Both the position numbers and the translations under genes were made by a program. DNA of 64,000 bases from Patescibacteria group bacterium. Its GTDB lineage: Bacteria > Patescibacteriota > Patescibacteriia > UBA10025 > JAHIVO01. The number at the start of each line of letters is the position of its first letter. The stretch's first letter is position 1. Of the stretch, positions 17,731-27,799 are shown piece by piece. The notes below the pieces were generated by a model. That model was not told the DNA's origin. It ran no database searches and was given only the letters and a program-made list of their open reading frames with translations. Where the stretch lies: NCBI GenBank assembly GCA_041650915.1, contig JBAZKE010000002.1:144638-208637 (forward strand), in the 5' to 3' direction.

Positions 17731-20373
17731 TTAATCTGAGGTGTTCGTGTTCACGGTATTCGTATTGATTGTCGTGCCGGAAGCGCTCGGGAGATAATTG
17801 ATGGTGATGGTATCGGAGCGCGTGTTGCTGATGTCATCGAAGATGTCGGCTTTGATATCATGGAATCCAGCCTTTGTATTCTCGGGAAGCGTGAGGGTCA
17901 GCGTATAGGGGCTCGTTTTTGTGGATCCAATCAGCTTGCCGTCGAGCGAAAAGGTGATTTCCTTGATTGTCCGCGGTGAGGTTGCTTTCGCCGACACCGT
18001 CACCGTTACGTTTCGTGCAGTGAGAGTTGCATTTTTTTTTGGAGCAGTGATGCTGACTGTTGGTTTATTTTTGTCAGAACGCAAGTTGCAATCTTCTTCG
18101 GCAGGGATGTTTTCGACGTAGCCATTTTCTGCCGCCCAGCGGGCAACGGGTTCTTCCCAGCGGACGTATTGCGGATCGACGGTCGGATCTGCCGGCACAG
18201 GACCGAGCGGGTTATTGCGGTCAACGTAGTGGAGTATCGTGTGCACGGTGCGGAACGTTTTCTCTTCTTGAAATTCTTTGGGGTAGGTATCGAGGCACGA
18301 GTTGGGAATTACCTTGCCGGTTGTGGAATCTACCGTCAGGGTGACTCCGCCTTCCAGTTCGCCCCGTAGGATTGGCTTATCCGGCTGCGTGATGGTGGGG
18401 CTATTGAAGGGTTCTGCCGGGCCGCCGACCGTCCGTTTCATGAATTCGCGCCAGATCGGTGCGGCAACGATGGATCCGTCGGCGCCGCGCCTCATTTCTG
18501 AGTTATCATTGTTCCCCACCCATACGCCCGTAGCTATGGACGGCGTGTACCCGAGCGTCCAGGCATCTCGGTAATCGTTTGTTGTGCCGGTCTTGGCCGC
18601 AACTGGCCGATCAGGAAGCGTGAGGTAGTTGCTGGAGCCGAAGATGTAAGCGCGCGCGCCGTTGTCTGACAGTACGTTGTTGAGCGTCCGGACGGCTTCT
18701 TTGTCGAACACCTCCTCCTCGCGCTCCTCGTACTCCTCAAGTATCTTGCCGCCGCTATCCTCAACGCTGAGGATAGCGGAAACAGGGTGGCGTATCCCCT
18801 CGCGGGCAAAGGTTGCGAATGCTGATGTATGTTCGAGCAGCGTAACCTCACCGCCTCCGAGTACGAGGGAGAGCCCGAAACGGCTGCGGTCCTGGAAGGT
18901 GCTGTATCCAAACCGTTCTGCGATGTCGAGCACGTTATCAATGCCGGCGAGGTAGAGCGTTTTCACGGCTGGAATGTTGAGCGAGCCTGCCAGGGTGTTC
19001 CGCATGGAGAGCGGGCCGTGTTCCACGAGGTCGTAGTTTTTCGGTTCGTAATCCTGTGCGTCTGTCTTAAACTTCGTCACGAGGTCGAATAAGATGGTGT
19101 CCGGCGTATATCCCTTTTCAAATGCGGCAAGGTAGACGAGCGGTTTGAGTGAAGACCCCGGTTGGCGGGGCCGCAGCGTGACATTGACATTGCCGTCGAT
19201 GGTGTCGTCAAAGTAGTCTTTTGAACCGACCATCGCCAGGATCTGACCCGTTTTGGTATCGAGGCTCACGAGCGCGGCATTGCTTGCATTATAGTTGAGG
19301 TAGTTTTTTTCGGCATACTCGCGGATTACCTCTTCGGCAACCCGCTGTTTGTCGATATTGAGCGTGGTGATCACCTTGAGGCCCCCCTGTTCAATAACCT
19401 TTTCCCCGTACCGAGTGCTGAGCTGTTCCCGGACGTACATGACAAAGTGGGGCGCCGTGATATTCTCGTATTGAGGCCTCATGCGTTCAAGTATGTTGTC
19501 CTTTTTGGCTTCTTCCGCCTCCTCGGCAGTTATGAATCCCATTTCTACCATCTCGTTGAGCACGAGGTGCAGCCGAGTGGAGAGCTCTTCGGTATGGTTT
19601 CCGTACGGGGAGTAGTACGTCGGGCGGTTCGGGATCGCAGCGAGGAATGCCGCTTCAGAGAGCGTAACGTCATGAATCGACTTGCCGAGGAATGTCTGGG
19701 CAGCGGCCTCCACCCCGTAGAGCGTTGATCCGAAGGGGATCTCATTGAAGTAGAGCTGGAGTATTTCGTCTTTGGTGAGCTTTTGCTCGAGCTGGTAGGA
19801 GAGTACGAGCTCTTTGATTTTTCTCGTGTATGAGTGCTCAGAGGTGAGGATCGCATTCTTTACGAACTGCTGGGTGATGGTAGAGCCGCCGCGCTGTGGG
19901 CAGAGGCCGCCGAGATTTCCGAAGATCTCATGGCAACCCGCCTTGATAATTCCCGGGAGGTCAAAGCCCTTATGCTCGTAAAAGTCCTGGTCTTCCATGG
20001 CGATTGTTGCCTGCCTCATAAGCTCGGGGATGTCCTCGAGCTGGATGAGCGTGCGTTTTTCGTCGCCGTGAATTTCGTAGAGGAGCGTCACGCCGTCGCG
20101 GGCATAGATTTTTGTGCTCTCGGCAACCGTCCGCTCGATTATTTTATCGGGATCGGGAAGATCGCGTGAGTACCACGCAAAGACGCCGATGCCGCCGATG
20201 ATTCCGGCTCCAACGAGTATGCCGCACACCATGAGCGTGCGTTTTGCTACGCGTTTCCACTTCGGTCCGGACGGTTTCCGAGCCGCATCCTGCCTGCGCC
20301 GGACACGGCCGGCGGCGCGTTCACCGATTTTTCGAATGCGGAAAGTTGGTTCCTTGAGGTGTGGGATCGGCAT
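17731..20373 (-). CDS. class A penicillin-binding protein (PBP1A family) with C-terminal Ig-like domain
   Basis: EDQDFYEH, GGSTITQQFVKN, RKIKE, QPGSSLK (SxxK), SLN, KTGT. Confidence 0.93.
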   Translation of the reverse strand: MPIPHLKEPTFRIRKIGERAAGRVRRRQDAARKPSGPKWKRVAKRTLMVCGILVGAGIIGGIGVFAWYSRDLPDPDKIIERTVAESTKIYARDGVTLLYEIHGDEKRTLIQLEDIPELMRQATIAMEDQDFYEHKGFDLPGIIKAGCHEIFGNLGGLCPQRGGSTITQQFVKNAILTSEHSYTRKIKELVLSYQLEQKLTKDEILQLYFNEIPFGSTLYGVEAAAQTFLGKSIHDVTLSEAAFLAAIPNRPTYYSPYGNHTEELSTRLHLVLNEMVEMGFITAEEAEEAKKDNILERMRPQYENITAPHFVMYVREQLSTRYGEKVIEQGGLKVITTLNIDKQRVAEEVIREYAEKNYLNYNASNAALVSLDTKTGQILAMVGSKDYFDDTIDGNVNVTLRPRQPGSSLKPLVYLAAFEKGYTPDTILFDLVTKFKTDAQDYEPKNYDLVEHGPLSMRNTLAGSLNIPAVKTLYLAGIDNVLDIAERFGYSTFQDRSRFGLSLVLGGGEVTLLEHTSAFATFAREGIRHPVSAILSVEDSGGKILEEYEEREEEVFDKEAVRTLNNVLSDNGARAYIFGSSNYLTLPDRPVAAKTGTTNDYRDAWTLGYTPSIATGVWVGNNDNSEMRRGADGSIVAAPIWREFMKRTVGGPAEPFNSPTITQPDKPILRGELEGGVTLTVDSTTGKVIPNSCLDTYPKEFQEEKTFRTVHTILHYVDRNNPLGPVPADPTVDPQYVRWEEPVARWAAENGYVENIPAEEDCNLRSDKNKPTVSITAPKKNATLTARNVTVTVSAKATSPRTIKEITFSLDGKLIGSTKTSPYTLTLTLPENTKAGFHDIKADIFDDISNTRSDTITINYLPSASGTTINTNTVNTNTSD

Positions 20374-20376
20374 AGT

Positions 20377-21288
20377 CTATGCGGTTACCTTGTGTTGCGT
20401 CAGGAGCGCTGCTCCGATAACGCCAGTGCCGTACCCGAGCTCGGATACGGTGATGGGTATTTTTTTCAGTTCAGGGTAGATGAGGCATTTCCTGGCAGAA
20501 CGGATGGCTGGATGTATGAGCGGCCGGATGCTCGACAGCCCGCCGGTAAGCACAAGGATATCGGGGCTGAATAGGTGCAGTGTGTTTGCAATGCCGATGC
20601 CGAGATCGTGGGCCATGGCGGCGAGTATGGCGTTCGCATGGCGGTTGCCAGCACGCGCCCGTGCAACGATTTCGTATGAGGTGAGGGTTTTTCCGGTGCG
20701 TTTGCGGTACAGTTTTACCATTGCAGTGCCGGAGGCGAGCGCTTCAAAGTGGCCGCGCTGACCGCAGCTGCACCACGGCGATGTTGCTGCAATAGCTATA
20801 TGCCCGAGTTCAGTTGTATTGCAACCAGTCCGGTAGAGCCGCTTGTCAATTACGAGGCCGAATCCGATGCCGGTGCCGATTGCCATGACGGCGACGGTGC
20901 GGAATTTTTTTCCGGCCCCGACCGTCGCTTCGGCGAGCGCGCTCGCATGGACGTCGTTATCGATTGCTACGGTAACCCTGTACTTCTTTTCGAGGAGCTG
21001 TTTCAGGCGGACACCGTGCCAGTCCCGCGCTAGGTTATGCCCCCGCGTGACAACACCTTTTTCAGCATTGACGAGCCCTGTTGTGCCGATCCCGATTGCC
21101 CGCACCCGGTTCGAAAAAAAATAATCGATGCTCGTGCCCATGCATTTGAGGATGTTCTTTTTGGTTTTTTTGCCGATTAAAAATTGTTTGCTCTGCCTGA
21201 GCACACCGTTTGGGCCAACAAGCCCCGCCTGAATTTTTGTTCCGCCTACGTCGACGCCGATCGTGTACGTACCCATAGCGTAAAGCAT
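20377..21288 (-). CDS. ROK family sugar kinase
   Basis: GVDVGGTKI, DNDV, GTGIG, ELGH, CSCGQRGHFE; start may be 21276. Confidence 0.9.
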   Translation of the reverse strand: MLYAMGTYTIGVDVGGTKIQAGLVGPNGVLRQSKQFLIGKKTKKNILKCMGTSIDYFFSNRVRAIGIGTTGLVNAEKGVVTRGHNLARDWHGVRLKQLLEKKYRVTVAIDNDVHASALAEATVGAGKKFRTVAVMAIGTGIGFGLVIDKRLYRTGCNTTELGHIAIAATSPWCSCGQRGHFEALASGTAMVKLYRKRTGKTLTSYEIVARARAGNRHANAILAAMAHDLGIGIANTLHLFSPDILVLTGGLSSIRPLIHPAIRSARKCLIYPELKKIPITVSELGYGTGVIGAALLTQHKVTA

Positions 21289-21346
21289 TTAACCTTCCTA
21301 TTATAACAAAAAGCGGGTATAATAGGAATGCACTAAACGTTATTTT

Positions 21347-22546
21347 ATGAATCAGAAGGAAAAGAATCAAGAGCTGCTCACGCGAGGCGTTGCTGAAGTG
21401 ATCGTCAAGAAAAGTTTGCAGAAAAAGATCGAGAGCGGCGCAAAGCTCCGCGTTAAGCTCGGCGTCGATCCGACCGCACCGCATCTGCACCTCGGGCATA
21501 CCGTCGTCCTCAGAAAGCTCAAGCAATTCCAGGAGCTCGGGCACCAAGTCATTTTTTTAGTGGGCGATTTTACCGCCCGCATTGGAGATCCATCGGACAA
21601 GTTATCGGCACGCAAGCCGCTCGAGGGGAAGGAAATACAGAAAAACTGGGAAACGTACAAGGAGCAGGTCGGGAAGGTGCTCGACCTCCGGGAAGTCGAA
21701 ATACGGTTTAACAGCGAGTGGCACCAGAATATGGATTTTGCCGAACTCTTTCAGCTCACGAGCTTGTTTACGGTTAACCAGATGCTTGAGCGTGATATGT
21801 TTGAAAAGCGGATGGAGGCCGGTAAACCGCTGTGGATCCATGAGATGCTGTACCCGATACTGCAGGGGTATGATTCGGTTGCGCTCAGTGCGGACGTCGA
21901 GCTCGGCGGGACGGACCAGACGTTCAATATGCTCGCCGCACGGACGATACAGCCGACGTACGGGCAAGACCCGCAGGATATTATGACCGTTGACTTGCTT
22001 GAGGGAACCGACGGTAGTGAGAAAATGAGCAAGAGTATTGGCAATACGATCGATCTTACTGATACGGCGGGTGAGATGTTCGGGAAGACCATGTCGATTC
22101 CTGACAGCCTCATCGTGAAGTATTTTACGCTCTGCACCGGCGTGCCGCTCACGGAGATTAACTCAATTGCACAGGAGATGAAACGGGGGGCAAATCCGCG
22201 CGACTATAAGGTACGGCTCGCCCGCGAGCTGATCGCGATGTACCACGGCATCGCGGCTGCCGATAAGGCGGAAGCGGAATTCACCCGCGTATTCAAGGAA
22301 AAAAAAGCGCCCCGGTCAATGCCCGCGTACCAGCTGAAAAAAGAGGGCAGCTATTCGCTTATCGATATTATCACTGAAACGGGGCTCGCCCCATCGAAGA
22401 GCGAGGCGCGGCGCTTGATTGAGCAGGGTGGGGTCCAGTTCGACGGCATGCAGATTACGGATTGGAAGAAGAAGGTGCGCGTCACGGGCGGAATGGTACT
22501 GCAGGTTGGCAAGCGCAAGTTTCTCAAATTTACCTCTGGGGAGTAG
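21347..22546 (+). CDS. tyrS: tyrosine--tRNA ligase
   Basis: GVDPTAPHLHLGH, YPILQGYD, GGTDQTFN, KMSKS, S4-like C-terminus. Confidence 0.97.
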   Translation: MNQKEKNQELLTRGVAEVIVKKSLQKKIESGAKLRVKLGVDPTAPHLHLGHTVVLRKLKQFQELGHQVIFLVGDFTARIGDPSDKLSARKPLEGKEIQKNWETYKEQVGKVLDLREVEIRFNSEWHQNMDFAELFQLTSLFTVNQMLERDMFEKRMEAGKPLWIHEMLYPILQGYDSVALSADVELGGTDQTFNMLAARTIQPTYGQDPQDIMTVDLLEGTDGSEKMSKSIGNTIDLTDTAGEMFGKTMSIPDSLIVKYFTLCTGVPLTEINSIAQEMKRGANPRDYKVRLARELIAMYHGIAAADKAEAEFTRVFKEKKAPRSMPAYQLKKEGSYSLIDIITETGLAPSKSEARRLIEQGGVQFDGMQITDWKKKVRVTGGMVLQVGKRKFLKFTSGE

Positions 22547-22731
22547 CGGAAGCATGCAACTACATCCAGCCTGTCGGTCTTGACGCGAAGTTTTGCGTAC
22601 GGCGGGAAGGGCGACTGAACGGCGGACACAGGGCGAAGATGGGCAATGCTTCCGTATGCAGCGCCACCGGGCAGGAGAGTGTGCAAGCTGCAGTCTTATT
22701 CATTGCGGTGTTAATTTGGTATACTGAGCGC

Positions 22732-23337
22732 ATGAATAATACGGCGAAAACATACACCAAGCTCGGGAAGCAGTATCTCGATGATATCGCAGACCTTGCA
22801 CCCGCCGAGCGCGAAGAGTTTATTCGGCGCCTGCCGAGAGGCAGTGCGGTGCTCGACGTCGGGTGCGCCGGAGGAAGAGACAGCGGAGCGTTTGTTGAGA
22901 GCGGTTTTCAGGTCGTTGGCATTGATTTGGTCGGTTTGTTTTTATCGGAAGCGCGCAAGCGCGTGCCTGCGGCAACGTTCCGCATGATGGATGTTTGTAA
23001 ACTCGACTTTCCGGATGAATCGTTCAACGCCGTGTGGGCGAATGCGATTCTTATGCACGTGCCTAAAAGAGACACCCTACGGGCACTCAAGGAGCTGCAG
23101 AGGGTGTGTAAGCCGTCCGGCTTGCTCCTCGTACGGGTGAAGCATGGGCAGGGGGAGAGAGCAGTGGCAGATAAACTGTCACGGGGCGTGAACCGCCTGT
23201 TCAGCTTTTTTACCGAGGATGAGCTGTCTCAATTAAGTGAGCAAGCGGGATTTACGGTTGAGTCGGCTGCGCTTGTTGAAGACGGCGCTGGCAGGGACGG
23301 AGTGCGGTGGGTCAGTGTGTGGGCGGTGAAGCGGTAG
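22732..23337 (+). CDS. class I SAM-dependent methyltransferase
   Basis: VLDVGCAGGRD, VGIDL, FNAVWANAILMH; start moved to ATG 22732. Confidence 0.88.
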   Translation: MNNTAKTYTKLGKQYLDDIADLAPAEREEFIRRLPRGSAVLDVGCAGGRDSGAFVESGFQVVGIDLVGLFLSEARKRVPAATFRMMDVCKLDFPDESFNAVWANAILMHVPKRDTLRALKELQRVCKPSGLLLVRVKHGQGERAVADKLSRGVNRLFSFFTEDELSQLSEQAGFTVESAALVEDGAGRDGVRWVSVWAVKR

Positions 23338-23435
23338 CGCAGAGAGGGTTTATTTTTTCATGGTGGGTTTGTCTGTAAAAAAATGCAGCCCCCGACAGGT
23401 GCCGGGGTTGTTTCTCTCTGCTGGTAAATGGCACG

Positions 23436-24434
23436 TTACTTGCCTCGGTAGAATTTTGCGGCGTCTTCAGGAGCCACTGAGTTGATGATAATCCTCGAGC
23501 CGAGCTCTACGCCAGCCCAGGTGTCACGGCGCGGGCACACCCGAAGGTAGAAGTACTCTCCTTGGTCGGTGATCGTCTGGTGCATGTAGTAGTTGTACGG
23601 CAGGCCGAGCTGGTTTACTTTTTTGATGATGTGGCGAAGCGCGTGCGCCACGGACTTGAGCTCTTCTTCTTCGAGCAGGGAGATGTTGTCAACCTGCCGC
23701 TTCGGCACGATCCACGCTTCATAGTTGTATGAGGAGGCGTACGGGCAGAATGCCGTGATGTACTTGTTGCTGAAAATGTTCCGCGGCCCCTTCGCCTCAT
23801 CGCGGGCAAGTTTTGCGTAGTATGAGGTGCCGTGGAGGATGCTATACTTTCGGGCGCGCGCCAGCTTATTGACGATGTGGCTCGGTACAAAACCTGCCGC
23901 TAAGATCTGTGAGTGTGCGTGCACGAGCGAAGCGCCAGCCTTACCGCCGTGATTCTTGAAGATAATGATGTACTTGACCTTTGGATCTTTTGAGAGCGCT
24001 TGTGTCCGCGCCACATAGGATTTCAGCACGCGGTACACGTGTGGCTCAGAGAATTCCGCCATCTCCTTGTTGTGGTGGGGTGTCTCGATAATGACTTCCT
24101 GGTGGCCGTACGCATTCGGATTTTTTTCGTGCACGAATGGAAAAATATTTTTGATGACCTTGATTTCCCACCACTGGTCGGGGCCCTCTTGGTACAGCGG
24201 CGGCTGGGACATCATTACCGTTTCCTGGCAAAAGGGGCAGTCTTTGGACTTGACCGGGACATCGTGGGGTTTTGCGGTGTCGTGCGGGCGTTTCGTCCGC
24301 TTCGGGGCGATGATAATGAAGCGGTCATGGATTTCATCAACGCGGATTTCACTGCGGATAAGCGGCACCTCAACCTCGCGGAGTTTGGGGCGTTTTGGAA
24401 TTGTTGTCTTTTTTACAGCTTTTTTTCTAGGCAT
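23436..24434 (-). CDS. GalT-like nucleotidyltransferase (galactose-1-phosphate uridylyltransferase/ADP-glucose phosphorylase family)
   Basis: APKRTKRP, CPFC, GHQEVIIETPHH, FKNHGGKAGASLVHAHSQ, AGVELG. Confidence 0.82.
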   Translation of the reverse strand: MPRKKAVKKTTIPKRPKLREVEVPLIRSEIRVDEIHDRFIIIAPKRTKRPHDTAKPHDVPVKSKDCPFCQETVMMSQPPLYQEGPDQWWEIKVIKNIFPFVHEKNPNAYGHQEVIIETPHHNKEMAEFSEPHVYRVLKSYVARTQALSKDPKVKYIIIFKNHGGKAGASLVHAHSQILAAGFVPSHIVNKLARARKYSILHGTSYYAKLARDEAKGPRNIFSNKYITAFCPYASSYNYEAWIVPKRQVDNISLLEEEELKSVAHALRHIIKKVNQLGLPYNYYMHQTITDQGEYFYLRVCPRRDTWAGVELGSRIIINSVAPEDAAKFYRGK

Positions 24435-25905
24435 CTGGGTTAACTAAATGAGTATAGAGCTTGATGTACGCACTGGCGGAGTGGTCCCACGAAAAGTCCT
24501 TTTGCATGATCCGTTTGACCACAGTGTACCACGATTTTCGGTCGCTATACAGTTTAATGGCGCGCGTGAGCGCGGCGAGAAAGTCTTTCGTATCGTACGG
24601 GCCGAATACGAAGCCTTCGCCGCCGCTGGAGCCGCCGTTCCAGTCAGCGACGGTATCCTTGAGCCCCCCGGTCGCCCTGACGATGGGCAGCGTGCCGAAC
24701 CGCATTGCAATCATCTGCCCGAGCCCGCACGGCTCGAAGCGGGACGGCATGAGGAATGCGTCTGATCCGGCGTATATCTGCTGGGCGAGCGCGGCGTTGA
24801 ATTCGATATGCACGGACGTTTTCTCGGGGAATTGTTTTGCGATCGACAGCATCATATTTTCGTACTTTTTTTCGCCGGTGCCCAGCACGACGAACTGCAC
24901 GTCGTGTTCAAAGAATTTTTCAGCTACTTCGTAGATGAGGTCGACGCCCTTCTGGTCGACGAGCCGTGAGACAATGCCGAAAAGCGGCACGTCACCGCGT
25001 ACGGGCAGTGCGCAATGTTTCTGGAGCGCAGCCTTGCACTTTGCTTTTCCGGAAAGGTCTCCGGATGAGTACGGCACGGCGATTCGTTTATCGGTTTCCG
25101 GATTGAAGCTGTCGACATCGATTCCGTTGAGGATTCCAGTGAGGTCGTCAGCGCGTTCGTTTAAGTCGTTGTTGAGGCCGCATCCGTATTCCTCCGTGAG
25201 AATCTCCCGTGCGTACGTCGGGCTGACCGTATTGATGTAGTCGCTCGCGAGGATTGCCTGGCGTAAGCTGGAAATGTGCCCGTCCTGCTGGCGCTGCAGC
25301 GTGGGATAATCGCCAGCCGTGATTCCGAGAATGTGAAATATCGTTTGGGCTTCGTGCCATCCCTGGTGGGCGAGATTGTGAATCGTGAGGAGTGTCTTAA
25401 TGTTTTTCAGCTTCGGGTCGTTTCGTGCGAGGATTTTCAGCAGGACGGGGATCATGCCCGTGTGCCAGTCGTTGCAGTGGATGAGATCGGGGTACCAGCC
25501 AAGCGACTCAAAGAGCGAAAAGCATGACCGCGCGAAAAACGTAAAACGTTCGGCTTCCCGATTCGGGTTGTCGGACGGCCCTGCGGTATCAAAGTATACC
25601 CCGTTCTGGCCGAGGTAGTGATAGTTGTCGATGAGGTAGATTGGGACGTCGCTCCCGGGCAGCGGCGTTTGGAATATGCCGATCGATTCTTCCGTGCCAT
25701 TGAATGGAACCGGGATGCCCTCGGCGATTGGCGTTGATGGGTACTTTGTGTTATCAATGCTCCCGTATTTCGGTAGCGCAATCCGCACATCGATCCCTCC
25801 GTGCTTGAGCGCTTTTGGGAGCGCGCCGACGACATCGCCGAGGCCGCCCACCTTGGCGAGCGGGTTGAGCTCGGCGCCGACAAAGAGAACTTTGAGCTGT
25901 TTCAT
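24427..25905 (-). CDS. glgA: glycogen synthase (GT5)
   Basis: KVGGLGDV, IHCNDWHT, TIHNLAHQG, TVSPTYA, MPSRFEPCGLGQ, TGGLKDTV. Confidence 0.93.
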   Translation of the reverse strand: MKQLKVLFVGAELNPLAKVGGLGDVVGALPKALKHGGIDVRIALPKYGSIDNTKYPSTPIAEGIPVPFNGTEESIGIFQTPLPGSDVPIYLIDNYHYLGQNGVYFDTAGPSDNPNREAERFTFFARSCFSLFESLGWYPDLIHCNDWHTGMIPVLLKILARNDPKLKNIKTLLTIHNLAHQGWHEAQTIFHILGITAGDYPTLQRQQDGHISSLRQAILASDYINTVSPTYAREILTEEYGCGLNNDLNERADDLTGILNGIDVDSFNPETDKRIAVPYSSGDLSGKAKCKAALQKHCALPVRGDVPLFGIVSRLVDQKGVDLIYEVAEKFFEHDVQFVVLGTGEKKYENMMLSIAKQFPEKTSVHIEFNAALAQQIYAGSDAFLMPSRFEPCGLGQMIAMRFGTLPIVRATGGLKDTVADWNGGSSGGEGFVFGPYDTKDFLAALTRAIKLYSDRKSWYTVVKRIMQKDFSWDHSASAYIKLYTHLVNPDA

Positions 25906-25920
25906 ATTTTTAAATAATTG

Positions 25921-26805
25921 TTAGATGGCAGGTACCTGTTCTTTGAGTTTTTCGTAGATTGAGTACGGCACTGAGAAGTAGTCCCACTGGCACCGGATTG
26001 CCTCGTGCTTGGTAAAATTAATGTCTCCATGGTAGTCGCTGCCGCCTGTGATGAGGAGCCCATGGGCGAGTGCGAAGCTCTGGTAGTGTTCAATCTGGTG
26101 CCAGCTATGGTATGGGGAGAGCACCTCAATGCCTTCGAGGCCGGCATCAATGAGCTCGCGTATCAGCTTATCCCCGTCGTAGTTGAGCTGCTGTCCCGGG
26201 TGGGCGAGCACAGCGAATCCTCCTGATTTTCGTACGATCGCTATTGCTTCATCGGTCGGCAGTTCTGATACGCGGAGTGCGGCGGGTTTGTCATAACCCA
26301 TGAAGTATTTCACTTTTCCAAAGAAATCCTGCTTGTCCGGGGGGAGCTCTCGCTGCATTTTTTTGATATTTTTTTGGTACCGCTCGAGCTCCCTGATGAC
26401 GTGCAATACGCCGCGGTTTACCGCGGGACCGTTAAAGATAGCGGTTTCATCGAGCGTGAAGCCCTGCTCCTGGAGGCTGTGAATCGACTGTCGCACATTG
26501 TGTTCATTATCTTCCTGGAGTTTCCGGAGCGCACGGGAGAGCTCCGTGTCGCCGAGTTCAAAACAGTAGCCGAGCAGGTGGAGGTTTTGGTTACGGTACC
26601 GGGTGTATATCTCAACTCCCGGAACAACGTGGATGCCGAATTCATCCGCGCATTCGATTGCCTCATCGATGCCATTGATTCCATTGTGGTCGGTCAGCGA
26701 AAGTACCGCAGTGCCGTTCTCTTCCGCACGCTTCATGAGGCTGCTGCATGAGCGGTCGCCGTCCGAGTAGTGTGAGTGGGTATGGAGATCAATTGTTTGT
26801 TCCAT
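25921..26805 (-). CDS. PHP domain phosphoesterase (YciV/TrpH-like)
   Basis: DLHTHSHYSDG, TDHN, GVEI, HLLGY, LAHP, GGSDYHG. Confidence 0.88.
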   Translation of the reverse strand: MEQTIDLHTHSHYSDGDRSCSSLMKRAEENGTAVLSLTDHNGINGIDEAIECADEFGIHVVPGVEIYTRYRNQNLHLLGYCFELGDTELSRALRKLQEDNEHNVRQSIHSLQEQGFTLDETAIFNGPAVNRGVLHVIRELERYQKNIKKMQRELPPDKQDFFGKVKYFMGYDKPAALRVSELPTDEAIAIVRKSGGFAVLAHPGQQLNYDGDKLIRELIDAGLEGIEVLSPYHSWHQIEHYQSFALAHGLLITGGSDYHGDINFTKHEAIRCQWDYFSVPYSIYEKLKEQVPAI

Positions 26806-26807
26806 AG

Positions 26808-27797
26808 TTATGGCTTACGGTATCGTTTTTTGAGCATCGCCGTCAGCGTAACGCCGGAAAAGCGTGCGAGCTCCCTGAAGTCCCGTTTATCCGGGTAGTA
26901 GTTGAACCCGATGACGTTGAATACGGCTTGGACAAACACGGTCGCATTCCACAGCTCGTCAAAGTTTTTAAAACCGCGGTACTGCCGTTTAAATTTACTG
27001 TGGAGGGAACGCTGCCAAGCGGAATGGCGTGAAGCGCGCATCCAGACGGTCACCACGTCCTTCATGATTGAAGCCCAGCCGACGTTTTCCCAGTCGATAA
27101 TTTTTGGCCGTCCGCCGGCTTCGAGCATGTGGGGTGCATACAGCTCCTGGTGCGCGAGGACCCGGCGGGTAGTGCGGTACACCGGCCCGTACCGCTTGAA
27201 TTCCCGCCGGATGAGCAAACCGGCGTTCGGCCACCGGATAAACGATTCCACCAACGGGAGGTTCGGGCCGATGAACTGCCAGAGGTAGTTCAGCGTCTGC
27301 GGCGCGTACAGGAGCCTCTTGAAGTTTGACGGAAGGTCTTTTTCCCGGATGCTGTGGAGTTCCCTGAGGAGATTGAGCAGCCACCGCTGCCGGTCTTCCG
27401 TGAAGAAGGAAGGGACGAAGCGGATGTTGCCGCCGTTAATATTTTGCGGCTTACCGCCGACGTATTCGCGTATGTACCAGGCTCGCGGGCCGATCTCTGA
27501 GCTTAAAATGAGAGGAGCGCTTTGCCGGAGGAGCTTGTGCGGCGAGCTATTGATGTAGCGCAGGAAAAGGATCTCGCGGGCGAACTTCTGGTTAGTCAGG
27601 TGGTCGCAGGAGCGGGGGTATATGCTGGTTTTGAACAGCGCTTGTTGCCCGTCTTTTTTCCCGACCGCAATGTAGTACCGGCTTCCGAACTTGATTTTTT
27701 TGATGGGGATAAAACGTTCGCCCCTGTGCAGTTCCCTGATTACCCGGCGTGCGCGTTCACGGTGCCGGCGTTTCGTAGCGGTAGTGCCTTTGATCAT
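26808..27797 (-). CDS. aminoglycoside phosphotransferase/choline-kinase-fold protein
   Basis: ALFK, FAREI, IREYVGG, VLAHQELYAPHML, IIDWE. Confidence 0.68.
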   Translation of the reverse strand: MIKGTTATKRRHRERARRVIRELHRGERFIPIKKIKFGSRYYIAVGKKDGQQALFKTSIYPRSCDHLTNQKFAREILFLRYINSSPHKLLRQSAPLILSSEIGPRAWYIREYVGGKPQNINGGNIRFVPSFFTEDRQRWLLNLLRELHSIREKDLPSNFKRLLYAPQTLNYLWQFIGPNLPLVESFIRWPNAGLLIRREFKRYGPVYRTTRRVLAHQELYAPHMLEAGGRPKIIDWENVGWASIMKDVVTVWMRASRHSAWQRSLHSKFKRQYRGFKNFDELWNATVFVQAVFNVIGFNYYPDKRDFRELARFSGVTLTAMLKKRYRKP

Positions 27798-27799
27798 AG

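Noticed and set aside
22462-22731. 5' extension of the methyltransferase
   Set aside because: Overlaps tyrS and a hairpin; -10 box supports ATG 22732.
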